Assembly: GCA_036006885.1 (NCBI GenBank)
Contig: DASYPG010000622.1
Coordinates: 1-44,443, forward strand
DNA: 44,443 nucleotides
Reading direction: 5' to 3'
Origin: Burkholderiales bacterium
Lineage (GTDB): Bacteria > Pseudomonadota > Gammaproteobacteria > Burkholderiales > SG8-39
Shown here: piece after piece, positions 1-8,909 of the stretch
How positions within the stretch are numbered: position 1 is the stretch's first letter
Layout of the letters: each line of letters begins with the position of its first letter
Program-made: the position numbers and the translations under genes
Notes under the pieces: generated by a model
Seen by the model: only the letters and a program-made list of their open reading frames with translations
Database searches by the model: none
Told to the model about the DNA's origin: nothing

Positions 1-146
1 CCCCGCCGATCGGGCTGACGCTGGAGTACGCGGTCGAGTTCATCGGCGACGACGAGCTGGTCGAGATCACGCCGAAGTCGATCCGCCTGCGCAAGCGCCA
101 CCTGAGGGAACACGAGCGCCGGCGGGCCGATCGCGCCGCCGCTTAG
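1..146 (+). CDS. typA: GTP-binding protein TypA/BipA, C-terminal end (5' partial, runs off the window)
   Basis: The frame starting at nt 3 reads [47 protein letters not shown], with TAG at 144-146. The ...[12 protein letters not shown]...L...R tail is the conserved BipA C-terminus as I recall it. Confidence 0.65.
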   Translation, partial: PPIGLTLEYAVEFIGDDELVEITPKSIRLRKRHLREHERRRADRAAA

Positions 147-149
147 GGC

Positions 150-2096
150 CTATTCCTGCGCCAGCAGGGTGGTCACGTAGTTCAGCGCCTCGCGCGCGCT
201 GTGCGTGTCGTAGCCGTACTCGTCGACCAGCCGCTTCTCGACCACCGAGATCTTCTGCCGCGTCTCGTCGTCGGGCCGCGCGCTCGAGGACACCAGGCGC
301 AGCACGTCGCGTCGCTGCTCGAACAGGTACTGCTTCACCGCGTCGTGCAACAGCGCGTGGCTGGCGAGGGTGAAGTTCTCGCCTCGCTTGTAGGTGCCCA
401 TCGCTTTCCTCACCACCTCCTGGCGGAAGGAGAGCTTGCCCGAATCCGAGACCTTGATCTTCTCCTCGACGTTGCGGAGAAACCGCTCGTCGGGCTTCCT
501 CTCCTCGTTGGTGATCGGGTCCTTGACGGAGCGGTTGTCTAGCGTGGCCTCCACCTCGTCGAGGTACTTGTCGAGCAGCTGCTGGGCTTCCTGCTCGAAG
601 GACACGAAGAGGGCCTTGTGCACGTCCTCCTTGACCCAGCGGTTGTAGAAGTCCTTGCGCACCGTGACCAGGAAATCGACCAGGCGCGTCTTGCGCTTCG
701 CGTCCATGCGCGCATCAGACTCGATCGCGTCCTTGAGCGCGATCAGCACCTCCATGCTGGTCAGGCTCTTCGCGCTCGACTGGATGATGGCGTTGGAAAG
801 CGCGTTGATCACGAAGCGCGGTGATACGCCGGCGAGGCCCTCGTCGGGCGCGTGGGCGCGGATCTTTTCCAGCTCGCCGCGCGCGACGCCCTCGACCTCC
901 TCGCCGGCGTAGAGCCGTGCCTTGGTGCTGAGTCCCGGCCCCTTCTCCTGGCCGTCCTGGAGGCGTGACAGGATCGCGAACACCGCGGCGACGTGCAATG
1001 CATGCGGATCGAGGTGCACCTCGCGGAACGCCTGCGTCGAGGAGGTGAGCTTCCTGTAGATGCGCGCCTCGTCCTTGTACGAAAGCGTATAGGGCACCTG
1101 GATGATCACCATCCGGTCGAGCAGCGCCTCGTTCTCAGGCTCCTGCAGGAACTTCCTGAACTCTGCGAGGTTGGTGTGCGCGATGATGGTTTCGTCGAGA
1201 TAGATGAGCGGGAAACGCGAGACCTTGACGTTCTTTTCCTGCGTCAGGGTGAGCAGCAGGTACAGGAACTCGCGCTTCACCTTGAGGATCTCGATCATCT
1301 CCAGCAGCCCGCGGCTCGCGGCGTACACCGCGCCCGACCAGGACCAGGCGCGCGGATCGCCTTCGTCGCCGAACTCCGAGACCTTCGACAGATCGACCGA
1401 GCCGACCAGGTCGGCGATGTCCGCGGTGGTCGGGTCGTGCGGGGCGTAAGTGCCGACGCCGACCCGGCCGGCTTCGGAGATGAAGATCCGCTCCACCTGC
1501 ATCTGCATGAAGTCGCCGGAGAATTCGCGCGCCAGGCGGGTCGCGCACAGCGGGCAGAGCTCGCCATGGATCTCGACGCCGTAGGTCTGGCGGAACTGCG
1601 AGCGCAGCGTATGCGGCACCAGGTGCAGCGGCGATTCGTGCACCGGGCAGCCCTGCACCGCGTAGAGCGCGCCGGGCTCGGTGTGGCTGTATTCCTCGAG
1701 GCCGCGCTTGACCAGGATCACCAGGCTGGACTTGCCGCCCGAGGGCGGACCGAGCAGGAGCAGCAGCCGTCTGCCGACCTCGCTTCCGGCGCTCGCCGCC
1801 TTGAAATAGTCGACCAGCCGGTCGAGGGTCTCCTCGATGCCGTAGAGCTCGTCCTCGAAGACCCGGCAATGCAGCTGCCCTGTGTCGTCGGCGAGGCCCT
1901 CGCTGCGGAACATGTCCCAGACGTACTGGTGACTCGAGCGGACGATGCCCGCCGGATTCTTCGGGAAAATCGACTCCAGGAAGGCGCCGAACGTGCCGGA
2001 CCAGGGCGCCGCGCGATGATCCTTGCTGAAAGTGTCCAGCGACTTCAGGAAGTTCGCGTGCCGCTCATCACCAGCCACGCCGGTGAGGTTTTTCAT
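150..2096 (-). CDS. prkA: PrkA/YeaG family serine protein kinase (AAA-type P-loop)
   Basis: 648-aa ORF. Walker A motif LLLLLGPPSGGKSSLV, with length and end-to-end composition typical of YeaG/PrkA. AGGAGG lies 8 nt upstream of the ATG. Confidence 0.9.
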   Translation of the reverse strand: MKNLTGVAGDERHANFLKSLDTFSKDHRAAPWSGTFGAFLESIFPKNPAGIVRSSHQYVWDMFRSEGLADDTGQLHCRVFEDELYGIEETLDRLVDYFKAASAGSEVGRRLLLLLGPPSGGKSSLVILVKRGLEEYSHTEPGALYAVQGCPVHESPLHLVPHTLRSQFRQTYGVEIHGELCPLCATRLAREFSGDFMQMQVERIFISEAGRVGVGTYAPHDPTTADIADLVGSVDLSKVSEFGDEGDPRAWSWSGAVYAASRGLLEMIEILKVKREFLYLLLTLTQEKNVKVSRFPLIYLDETIIAHTNLAEFRKFLQEPENEALLDRMVIIQVPYTLSYKDEARIYRKLTSSTQAFREVHLDPHALHVAAVFAILSRLQDGQEKGPGLSTKARLYAGEEVEGVARGELEKIRAHAPDEGLAGVSPRFVINALSNAIIQSSAKSLTSMEVLIALKDAIESDARMDAKRKTRLVDFLVTVRKDFYNRWVKEDVHKALFVSFEQEAQQLLDKYLDEVEATLDNRSVKDPITNEERKPDERFLRNVEEKIKVSDSGKLSFRQEVVRKAMGTYKRGENFTLASHALLHDAVKQYLFEQRRDVLRLVSSSARPDDETRQKISVVEKRLVDEYGYDTHSAREALNYVTTLLAQE

Positions 2097-2133
2097 GCCT
2101 TGCCTCCTGGAGACGGTATTCGCGCCTCCTCCC

Positions 2134-2155
2134 CGCTGCGGACTCGCTGCGGACT
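2134..2155. repeat. Perfect tandem 11-mer (CGCTGCGGACT x2) between the amine oxidase stop and the prkA start
   Basis: Read directly from the sequence: 2134-2144 is identical to 2145-2155. Confidence 0.9.
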
Positions 2156-2156
2156 A

Positions 2157-3401
2157 TTAGACGCCTTTTTTTAACACCTCGCGAGCAGCGCGTTCGCCGC
2201 TGCGCAGCGCACCCGCCACGGTCCCGGCTTCCTCGGCATCGGTGGCCTCGCCGGCGAAATAAAGCGTGTCTTCGAGCGCCTCGGCGAGGCGCTCGCGGGC
2301 GCCTTCGCCGCCGACGCGCACGTAGCTGTATCCGCCGCGCGCATAGGGGTCGTCGTGCCAGTCCTGGACCAGCGCGGCCCCCAGCTCATCCTTGAGCTTT
2401 CCATTTCGGAAAACCATTCCTACGGTTCGAAGCGCCGCGGCCAGCAGCGCGTCCCTCGACGAGCCGGTGAGGCGCGCCGCTTTCGGGCCTCCGGCCCAGG
2501 CGGTCAGGAGCGGCGCGCGCATCGGCAGGGGGGTCCAGAAGGTCGGGAATGGCGCTTCCGGGACATGAAAGAACGCGACCTCGGGAGCGCGCGCTTCCCA
2601 GAAGCGTGTGTGGAAGCGCATCGCCACCCGGATCACCGGCCCTGAAGCGAGCTTGCTCAGGGCCGATCGCTTGGTTTTCAGAGGAGGGGAAAAACGAACC
2701 AGGCCGGATTGCAGCACGCCCAAAGGAAGCGTTACGACGGCGCGCCGCGCCCGGAACGCAAAGGCCGGTCCCTTTACCACCACCCCGCCGCGCTTCCACT
2801 CCAATGTTCTGACGGGCGAGTCCAGGCGCAGGCGCGCGCCGCGCGCCACGACCGACTGCGCGAGCCAATCGATGAGCGTTCCGTACCCGCCCTGGGGCCG
2901 CGGCTGCGAAGCGCCGAGCGAGCCGCCCGCGCCCCATTCCTCGAGGATCGAGCGGGCGCTGACGCGCGCCGGGTCGGCCGCATCGAAGCCCTGGACCATC
3001 ATGCGCGCGAAGGTTTTGGTCTTCCGGCTGACCCGGGTGCGGGCGAGAAGCGCGGCGAACGAGATGTCGCGCTCCAGCCGCGGGGCATGCCGGACCGCGC
3101 GTTGCGCCTCGGCGAAGGCGTTCATGCGGCGCAGGCGGCCCCGCTCGTGGTAGCGCTGCTCGCGCGTCGAGTCGACCGCCGCGATGCCGGCCTCAGCCAG
3201 GAACGCCTGCGTGGACGCCGCCTCGCCGTGGATGAACTCGGCGCCGAGCTCGACCGGAATGTCCAGTCCGGGCAGGCGGCGCGTCCAGCAGCGCCCGCCG
3301 ACCCGCTCTCGTGCCTCAAGGACCAGCACCGAGCGGCCGGCGCGCGCCAGCTCGCTGGCTGCCGCGAGCCCGGCCGCGCCCGCGCCGACGACGATTACGT
3401 C
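2157..3401 (-). CDS. Flavin-containing amine oxidase family protein (FAD-dependent); the start codon is unresolved
   Basis: ORF 2157..3329 has amine-oxidase-like sequence (VLEARERVGGRCWT..., GEATD...GTVAGALRSG C-terminus). The FAD Rossmann motif DVIVVGAGAAGLAAASELARAGRSV is encoded in the same frame at 3330-3401, upstream of the first ATG/GTG/TTG. Confidence 0.75.
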   Translation of the reverse strand, partial: DVIVVGAGAAGLAAASELARAGRSVLVLEARERVGGRCWTRRLPGLDIPVELGAEFIHGEAASTQAFLAEAGIAAVDSTREQRYHERGRLRRMNAFAEAQRAVRHAPRLERDISFAALLARTRVSRKTKTFARMMVQGFDAADPARVSARSILEEWGAGGSLGASQPRPQGGYGTLIDWLAQSVVARGARLRLDSPVRTLEWKRGGVVVKGPAFAFRARRAVVTLPLGVLQSGLVRFSPPLKTKRSALSKLASGPVIRVAMRFHTRFWEARAPEVAFFHVPEAPFPTFWTPLPMRAPLLTAWAGGPKAARLTGSSRDALLAAALRTVGMVFRNGKLKDELGAALVQDWHDDPYARGGYSYVRVGGEGARERLAEALEDTLYFAGEATDAEEAGTVAGALRSGERAAREVLKKGV

Positions 3402-3423
3402 AAGCCGTGTTTCAGGCTTCGTC

Positions 3424-4386
3424 CTATTCCACCTTGACGTTGGCGTCGGCGACGACCTTGCGCCACATGCCGATTTCCTTCCGGATTTGCGCGCCGAATT
3501 GCGCCGCGCTGCCGCCCGCAGGCGCGACGCCGTCAGTCTGCAGCTGCGCGGCCGTTTCCTGGAGGCCGAGCACCTTGGTCACGTCGCGGTTGATGCGCTC
3601 GACGATCGGCCCGGGAAGCCCTTTGGGACCGATCAATCCGTGCCACAGGACGACCTCGTAGCCCGGGACGCCGGATTCCGCGACCGTCGGCACATTCGGC
3701 AGCGCGGGAATGCGCTTCGCCGTCGTGACTGCCAGCGCGCGCAGCTTGCCCGACTGCACATGCGGCATCGCGGTCGCGGTGCTGCTGAAGAACACATCGG
3801 TCTGGCCGCCGATCGTGTCGGTGAGCGCGGGCCCGGTCCCCTTGTAGGGGATGTGGTTCATCTTGACGCCGGCCAGGGTGTCGAAGAGCTCGGTCGCGAG
3901 ATGAATCACGCTCCCCTGCCCGGACGAAGCGAAGTTGATCTGCCCGGGCTTGGACTTGGCGAGCGCGACGAGCTCCTTGATGTTGTTCGCGGCGAGCGAG
4001 GGTCGGACGACGACGAGGAGCGGCCCCTGCGAGATCTGGATGATCGGCGTGATGTCGCCTACCGGGTCGAAGTGGAGCTTGTAGACGCTCGGATTGACCG
4101 TGTAGCTGGAAGCGATCAGCGTCAGCGCGTAGCCGTCGGGCGGCGACTTGACTCCCTGCTCGATGCCGAGCACGCCGCCCGCGCCAGGCTTGTTCTCCAC
4201 GATCACCTGCTTACCGAAGCTTCCGGTAAGCCGCTGCGCGATGAAGCGCGCGATGAAGTCCGAGCCGCCACCGGGCGCGAAAGGCACGATGATGCGCACC
4301 GGCTTCGTCGGATAGTCTTGAGCGCTCGAAGCGAAGGCAAGCGTCGCGGCGAGCGCGAGGGCGAATGCGCGGAGAGCGTTCTTCAT
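3424..4386 (-). CDS. Bug-family (TctC-like) tripartite tricarboxylate transporter substrate-binding protein
   Basis: MKNALRAFALALAATLAFASSAQDYPTKPVRIIVPFAPGGGSDFIARF... is a signal peptide followed by the hallmark Bug N-terminus. GGAG lies 8 nt upstream of the ATG at 4386, so the longer ORF start at 4413 is unlikely. Confidence 0.9.
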   Translation of the reverse strand: MKNALRAFALALAATLAFASSAQDYPTKPVRIIVPFAPGGGSDFIARFIAQRLTGSFGKQVIVENKPGAGGVLGIEQGVKSPPDGYALTLIASSYTVNPSVYKLHFDPVGDITPIIQISQGPLLVVVRPSLAANNIKELVALAKSKPGQINFASSGQGSVIHLATELFDTLAGVKMNHIPYKGTGPALTDTIGGQTDVFFSSTATAMPHVQSGKLRALAVTTAKRIPALPNVPTVAESGVPGYEVVLWHGLIGPKGLPGPIVERINRDVTKVLGLQETAAQLQTDGVAPAGGSAAQFGAQIRKEIGMWRKVVADANVKVE

Positions 4387-4429
4387 CGCGAGTTCTCCAA
4401 AACGATGCTCCAAAGCGGCATGAAACGAA

Positions 4430-5254
4430 CTAGCCCGGCCGGGTCGCGTTCCAGGCTCCGCTCGCCGACGTGCCGTCGATGCGCTTGCCGTTGACAGTGC
4501 CCTTGTAATCCACGCCGCCGGCGCGGAACGTGATCTCGTTGCCGCGGAGCTTCCCGTCCTGCAGCGGCACGGTCTTGCCTCCCGAGCTCAGCGTGCCCGA
4601 CACTTTCTGGAACTCCTGCTTGAGCGCGAGCTCGCCCTGGGGGAGCTTCCACGCCCCGTCCACCTTGGCCGGGACGATCCACAGGTACGCGGTGCACCAG
4701 GAGCTGCAGCCCTCGCCGACCGTGGCGGTCTCGTCGGCGTTCCATTCGCCCATCGTGAAGCTGTTCGACACCACGCGGGTGCCGGGCTTCATGCCGAGGA
4801 TTTTCGGCCGCAGCTTGATGTTGATGTCAGGGAGGAGAAACATGGTGATGACGCTCGCCTGCGAGAAGTCGCTCTTGAAAAGGTCAGCCTGCTGAAAGCT
4901 TGCCTTTCCGTTCATGCCCTCCTTCGCGGCGTTGCGCTTGGAGAGCTCCACCATGTCGGGGTTGTATTCGATGCCGAGGGCCCGCGCGCCGCGCTTCGCA
5001 GCGGTGATCACGGTGCGGCCGTCGCCGGAGCCGAGATCGATCACGTAGTCGTTCGGCGTCACTTTCGCCATGTCGAGCATCTTGTCGACCAGCGCCTGCG
5101 GCGTGGGCACCCAGACCACGTCCTTGCCGGACTGGCCGACGTGGGGCTCGAAGCTCGTGCCGGACTGGGTCTGCGTCTGCGCCATGGAGCACGCGCTTGC
5201 GACGATGATGAGCGATGCGAGCGCGGCGTCTCGCACGTACCTGAATGCGGTCAT
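4430..5254 (-). CDS. Class I SAM-dependent methyltransferase with an N-terminal signal/lipoprotein-like peptide and a beta-rich C-terminal domain
   Basis: Motif I VIDLGSGDGRTVITAA. N-terminus MTAFRYVRDAALASLIIVASAC. AGGAGA lies 5 nt before the ATG at 5254. The ORF extension to 5632 is antisense to the ABC ATPase Walker A region. Confidence 0.75.
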   Translation of the reverse strand: MTAFRYVRDAALASLIIVASACSMAQTQTQSGTSFEPHVGQSGKDVVWVPTPQALVDKMLDMAKVTPNDYVIDLGSGDGRTVITAAKRGARALGIEYNPDMVELSKRNAAKEGMNGKASFQQADLFKSDFSQASVITMFLLPDINIKLRPKILGMKPGTRVVSNSFTMGEWNADETATVGEGCSSWCTAYLWIVPAKVDGAWKLPQGELALKQEFQKVSGTLSSGGKTVPLQDGKLRGNEITFRAGGVDYKGTVNGKRIDGTSASGAWNATRPG

Positions 5255-5405
5255 TCGTTTCTCCTGAAGGGGAAGGGGCCGTAGGGGGATGGTAAGAAGG
5301 AAAAACTGTAACGCAAAATCGAGCGTCTTGAAGCCTCGGCGGCCGGCGCGGCGCCATTTTTGGGCGATAATCCGCCCCCTTGAACCGTTAGAGCACCCAG
5401 GTTTG

Positions 5406-6329
5406 ATGATCAGGATCGACAACCTCGTGAAGTCCTTCGGGGCGAAACGGGCGGTCGACGGCATCTCGTTCACCGTCGAGCGCGGCGAGGTGCTCGGCTT
5501 CCTCGGCCCCAACGGGGCCGGCAAGTCGACCACCATGAGGATGATCACCGGCTTCATGCCCCCGACCGAGGGCAAGGTCGCCGTCGGCGGCTTCGATGTC
5601 GCCGAATCCCCTCTGGAGGCGAAGCGCCTCATCGGCTACCTGCCTGAGAACGCCGCGGCCTACCCCGACATGACGGTGGAGGGCTTCCTCAGCTTCGCCG
5701 CCGAGCTGCGCGGGCTCTCGAGGAGCGCCCGCAGGAAGGCGCTGCACCGCGTGATCGAGCGCTGCTTCCTCGACTCGGTCCTGCACCAGTCGATCGATAC
5801 CCTGTCGAAGGGCTACCGGCACCGCACCTGCCTCGCGCAGGCGCTGATCCACGATCCGGACGTGCTCATTATGGACGAGCCCACCGACGGGCTCGACCCC
5901 AACCAGAAGCACGAGGTGCGCAACCTCATCCGCGAGCTCGGCCGCAACAACAAGGCGATCGTGTTCTCCACCCACATCCTGGAAGAGGTCGACGCCGCGT
6001 GCACGCGGGCGATCATCATCGACCGCGGCAGGATCGTCGCCAACGGCACCCCGGAGGAGCTGCGCGCCATGTCCGAGCTTGCCGGCGCCGTCACGCTGCA
6101 GGCGCGCGGCGCGAGCGCCGAGCGCCTGGCGGAGCTCGGCCGGGTGGAGAAACTCAACGGCGCCTTCCGCATCTATCCGAAGGACAAGTCGAGGGCGGCG
6201 CAGCTCGCCCAGGAAGTGGTCGAGATGGTGAATCTCCACGGCTGGAAGGTGGAGGGCATGTTCAGCGAGCGCGGCGAGCTCGACGAGGTGTTTCGACGCA
6301 TCACGCTTCCCGACACGGTGAAGAAATGA
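5406..6329 (+). CDS. ABC transporter ATP-binding protein (ABC-2/GldA-like)
   Basis: Walker A GPNGAGKST, signature LSKGYRHR, Walker B VLIMDEPTDGLD. The protein starts MIRIDNLVKSFG. Confidence 0.9.
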   Translation: MIRIDNLVKSFGAKRAVDGISFTVERGEVLGFLGPNGAGKSTTMRMITGFMPPTEGKVAVGGFDVAESPLEAKRLIGYLPENAAAYPDMTVEGFLSFAAELRGLSRSARRKALHRVIERCFLDSVLHQSIDTLSKGYRHRTCLAQALIHDPDVLIMDEPTDGLDPNQKHEVRNLIRELGRNNKAIVFSTHILEEVDAACTRAIIIDRGRIVANGTPEELRAMSELAGAVTLQARGASAERLAELGRVEKLNGAFRIYPKDKSRAAQLAQEVVEMVNLHGWKVEGMFSERGELDEVFRRITLPDTVKK

Positions 6330-7060
6330 GAGTCGTCTTCACGATCGTGAAACGCGAGCTGGCGAGCTACTTCAGCTCGCCGGTGGCCTACGTCTTTCTG
6401 GTGATCTTCCTGCTCCTCACCGGCTTCTTCACCTTCACCGCCGGCAACTTCTTCGAGCGCGGCGAGGCGAGCCTGGCGGCGTTCTTCGGCTGGCATCCGT
6501 GGCTCTACCTCGTGCTGGTGCCCGCGGTGGGCATGCGCCTCTGGGCCGAGGAGCGGCGCTCGGGGACGCTCGAGCTCCTGCTCACGATGCCGGTGGCGCC
6601 CTGGCAGGCGATCGTCGCCAAGTTCCTCGCGTCGTGGATCTTCATCGGCGTGGCGCTCGCGCTCACCTTCCCCGCGGTCATCACGGTGAACATCCTCGGC
6701 GACCCGGACAACGGCATGATCGTCGCCGGCTACCTCGGCAGCTTGTTCCTCGCCGGGGCCTACCTCGCCATCACCTGCATGACCTCGGCGATGACGCGAA
6801 ACCAGGTCGTGGCCTTCATCGTCTCGGTGGTGCTGTGCCTGTTCCTGATCCTCGCCGGCTTCAACCCGGTGACCGACCTGCTCGCGCGCTGGGCGAACCC
6901 CGCGGTGGTCGACACGGTGGCGGCGTTCTCGGTGGTCACGCATTTCGACGGCTTCCAGCGCGGCGTGATCGACCTGCGCGACCTGGTGTTCTTCCTGTCG
7001 GTGATCGGCTTCGCGCTGTTCGCCACGGGCGTCATCATCCGCGGACACCGAGCTGGTTGA
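6326..7060 (+). CDS. ABC-2 type transporter permease (GldF-like)
   Basis: 244 aa and polytopic (MRVVFTIVKRELASYFSSPVAYVFLVIFLLLTG...). ATGA overlap with the ATPase stop. Confidence 0.85.
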   Translation: MRVVFTIVKRELASYFSSPVAYVFLVIFLLLTGFFTFTAGNFFERGEASLAAFFGWHPWLYLVLVPAVGMRLWAEERRSGTLELLLTMPVAPWQAIVAKFLASWIFIGVALALTFPAVITVNILGDPDNGMIVAGYLGSLFLAGAYLAITCMTSAMTRNQVVAFIVSVVLCLFLILAGFNPVTDLLARWANPAVVDTVAAFSVVTHFDGFQRGVIDLRDLVFFLSVIGFALFATGVIIRGHRAG

Positions 7061-7061
7061 T

Positions 7062-8909
7062 ATGAAGTTCAAGAAATACGATCAACTCATCTATTCCGCG
7101 GTGGGGCTGGCGGCGCTGCTGCTGGTGCTCGTCGCGGTGAACTTCCTCGTCTCGCGCGTGCCGGCTCGCGTCGACCTCACCGACGGCGACCTCTACACGC
7201 TCTCTCCGGGCACGCGCAAGATCCTGCGCGGGCTGCAGTCGCCGGTGAAGGTGAAGCTCTACGTCTCGCAGGGCGAGAGCGTGCCGGTGCAGCTGCGCGG
7301 CTTCGCGCAGCGCGTGGAGGACACGGTGCGCGAGTTCAAGCAGGCCGCGGGCTCGAACCTCGTGATCGAGCGCTACAACCCGAAGCCCGACTCGGAGGAG
7401 GAGGACGCGGCGCAGCTCGACGGCATCGAGCCGCAGCAGCTCTACACCGGCGAGCAGTTCTATCTCGGCATCGCGGTGAGCCAGCTCGACCGCAAGCAGG
7501 CCATCGCGGCCGTATCGCCGCAGCGCGAGCGCCTGCTCGAGTACGACCTCATCCGCGCCATCGCGCGCGTGGGCAATCCGGAGCGGCCCAAGATCGGCCT
7601 CATGGCGGGCCTGCCGGTGCTGGGGGAGAGGTTCAATCCGTTCACGCGGCAGAGCTCCGAGCCCTGGGTGCTCGCCAACGAGCTCAAGCGCGACTTCGAC
7701 GTGAAAGAGGTGCCGATCGGCGCGAAGGAGATCGACAAGGACATCAACGTCCTGCTGCTCATCCATCCGCGCGACGCGCAGCCGCAGACCGAGTATGTCC
7801 TCGACCAGTTCGTGCTGCGCGGCGGGAAACTCATCGCCTTCGTCGACCCCTACGCGTATTTCGACCAGAACCCGACCATGCCCGGTATTCCGCCCGAGCC
7901 CTCGAGCTCGACTCTGCCGACGCTGTTCAAGGCCTGGGGCGTGACGATGGATCCGGGCAAGGTGGTAAGCGACGTCGTGTTCGGCTCCGGCGGCGGGCAG
8001 CGCTACACCCCCACGGTGCTGTCGCTCAACCGCACCGCGTTCAGCCGCGACGACATCGTCACCGGCCAGATCGAGACGCTGCTCTACGCGTTCGGCGGCG
8101 CCTTCGAGGTCAAGCCGCAGGAAGGCCTGCGCGTCACCGAGCTGGTGAAGAGCTCGCCCAACTCCATGCTGGTCGACAACGCGAACGCCGCCAAGTCGGG
8201 CGACGAGGCGACCAAGGCCTTCAAGCCCTCCGGCAAGTCAATGCCGCTTGCGCTGAGGCTCACCGGCAAGTTCAAGACGGCTTTCCCCGATGGGCTCAAG
8301 GAAGGCGACAAGCCGGTGCCGAACACCCCGGCGCTGCGCGAGTCGAGCGGCGAGAACTCGGTGATCCTGGTGGCCGACGTGGATCTCCTCGCCGACGGCG
8401 CGGCGGTCGACGTGCAGGAGGTGTTCGGCCGCAAGGTCGTGGTGCCGTCCAACGGCAACCTCGCCTTCGCCATGGGGATGGTGGAGCAGTTCGCCGCGGG
8501 CAACGACTTCATCTCGCTGCGCAGCCGCACCGGCGCGTTCAGGCCGCTCACCGTGGTGCGCGAGCTCGAGGCCGAGGCGCAGAAACAGTACTTCGGCAAG
8601 ATCCAGGCGCTCGAGGAGGAGGTGCAGAAGACCACCGCCAAGCTGCAGGAGCTGCAGAAGTCGCAGGGGCCGGCGGGCAAATCGGCGCAGCTCCTTTCCC
8701 CCGAGCAGCAGGCCGAGCTCGAGCGCTTCCGCAAGACCGTCGCCGAGGCGCGGCTGCAGCTCAAGGAAGTGCGCAAGAACCTGCGCCAGGACGCGGAGAG
8801 CCTGGTGTTCTGGACCAAGGTCGCCAACATCGTGCTGATGCCGCTTCTGGTCGCGCTGATCGGGCTGCTCGTCGCGTTCGTCGGTGGCAGGCGAAGGAAA
8901 GCCGTATGA
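7062..8909 (+). CDS. GldG-like ABC transport auxiliary component (N- and C-terminal TM anchors, C-terminal coiled coil)
   Basis: 615 aa. N-terminal TM helix, long periplasmic body, coiled coil (EAQKQYFGKIQALEEEVQKTTAKLQELQK) and a C-terminal TM helix. It sits directly after the ABC-2 permease, as is typical for GldG. Confidence 0.8.
   Translation: MKFKKYDQLIYSAVGLAALLLVLVAVNFLVSRVPARVDLTDGDLYTLSPGTRKILRGLQSPVKVKLYVSQGESVPVQLRGFAQRVEDTVREFKQAAGSNLVIERYNPKPDSEEEDAAQLDGIEPQQLYTGEQFYLGIAVSQLDRKQAIAAVSPQRERLLEYDLIRAIARVGNPERPKIGLMAGLPVLGERFNPFTRQSSEPWVLANELKRDFDVKEVPIGAKEIDKDINVLLLIHPRDAQPQTEYVLDQFVLRGGKLIAFVDPYAYFDQNPTMPGIPPEPSSSTLPTLFKAWGVTMDPGKVVSDVVFGSGGGQRYTPTVLSLNRTAFSRDDIVTGQIETLLYAFGGAFEVKPQEGLRVTELVKSSPNSMLVDNANAAKSGDEATKAFKPSGKSMPLALRLTGKFKTAFPDGLKEGDKPVPNTPALRESSGENSVILVADVDLLADGAAVDVQEVFGRKVVVPSNGNLAFAMGMVEQFAAGNDFISLRSRTGAFRPLTVVRELEAEAQKQYFGKIQALEEEVQKTTAKLQELQKSQGPAGKSAQLLSPEQQAELERFRKTVAEARLQLKEVRKNLRQDAESLVFWTKVANIVLMPLLVALIGLLVAFVGGRRRKAV

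Noticed and set aside
5255-5405. Possible divergent promoters in the 151-bp spacer between the methyltransferase and ABC ATPase genes (GATAAT at about 5366-5371)
   Set aside because: No acceptable -35 element at proper spacing, so the evidence is too weak to annotate.
5255-5632. N-terminal extension of the methyltransferase ORF (the 400-aa version). Similar long extensions occur at 5289-5405, 5999-6325, 17775-18026, 18947-19321, 19408-19851, 20136-20339, 22726-24063, 25177-25536, 25488-25691, 29981-30349, 31147-32496, 32952-34856, 35057-35656, 38186-38512 and 44175-44345.
   Set aside because: These extensions overlap real neighbouring genes in other frames or strands (for example VVDLPAPLGP is antisense to a Walker A). 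Family-typical N-termini, RBSs and 4-nt stop-start overlaps support the shorter starts.
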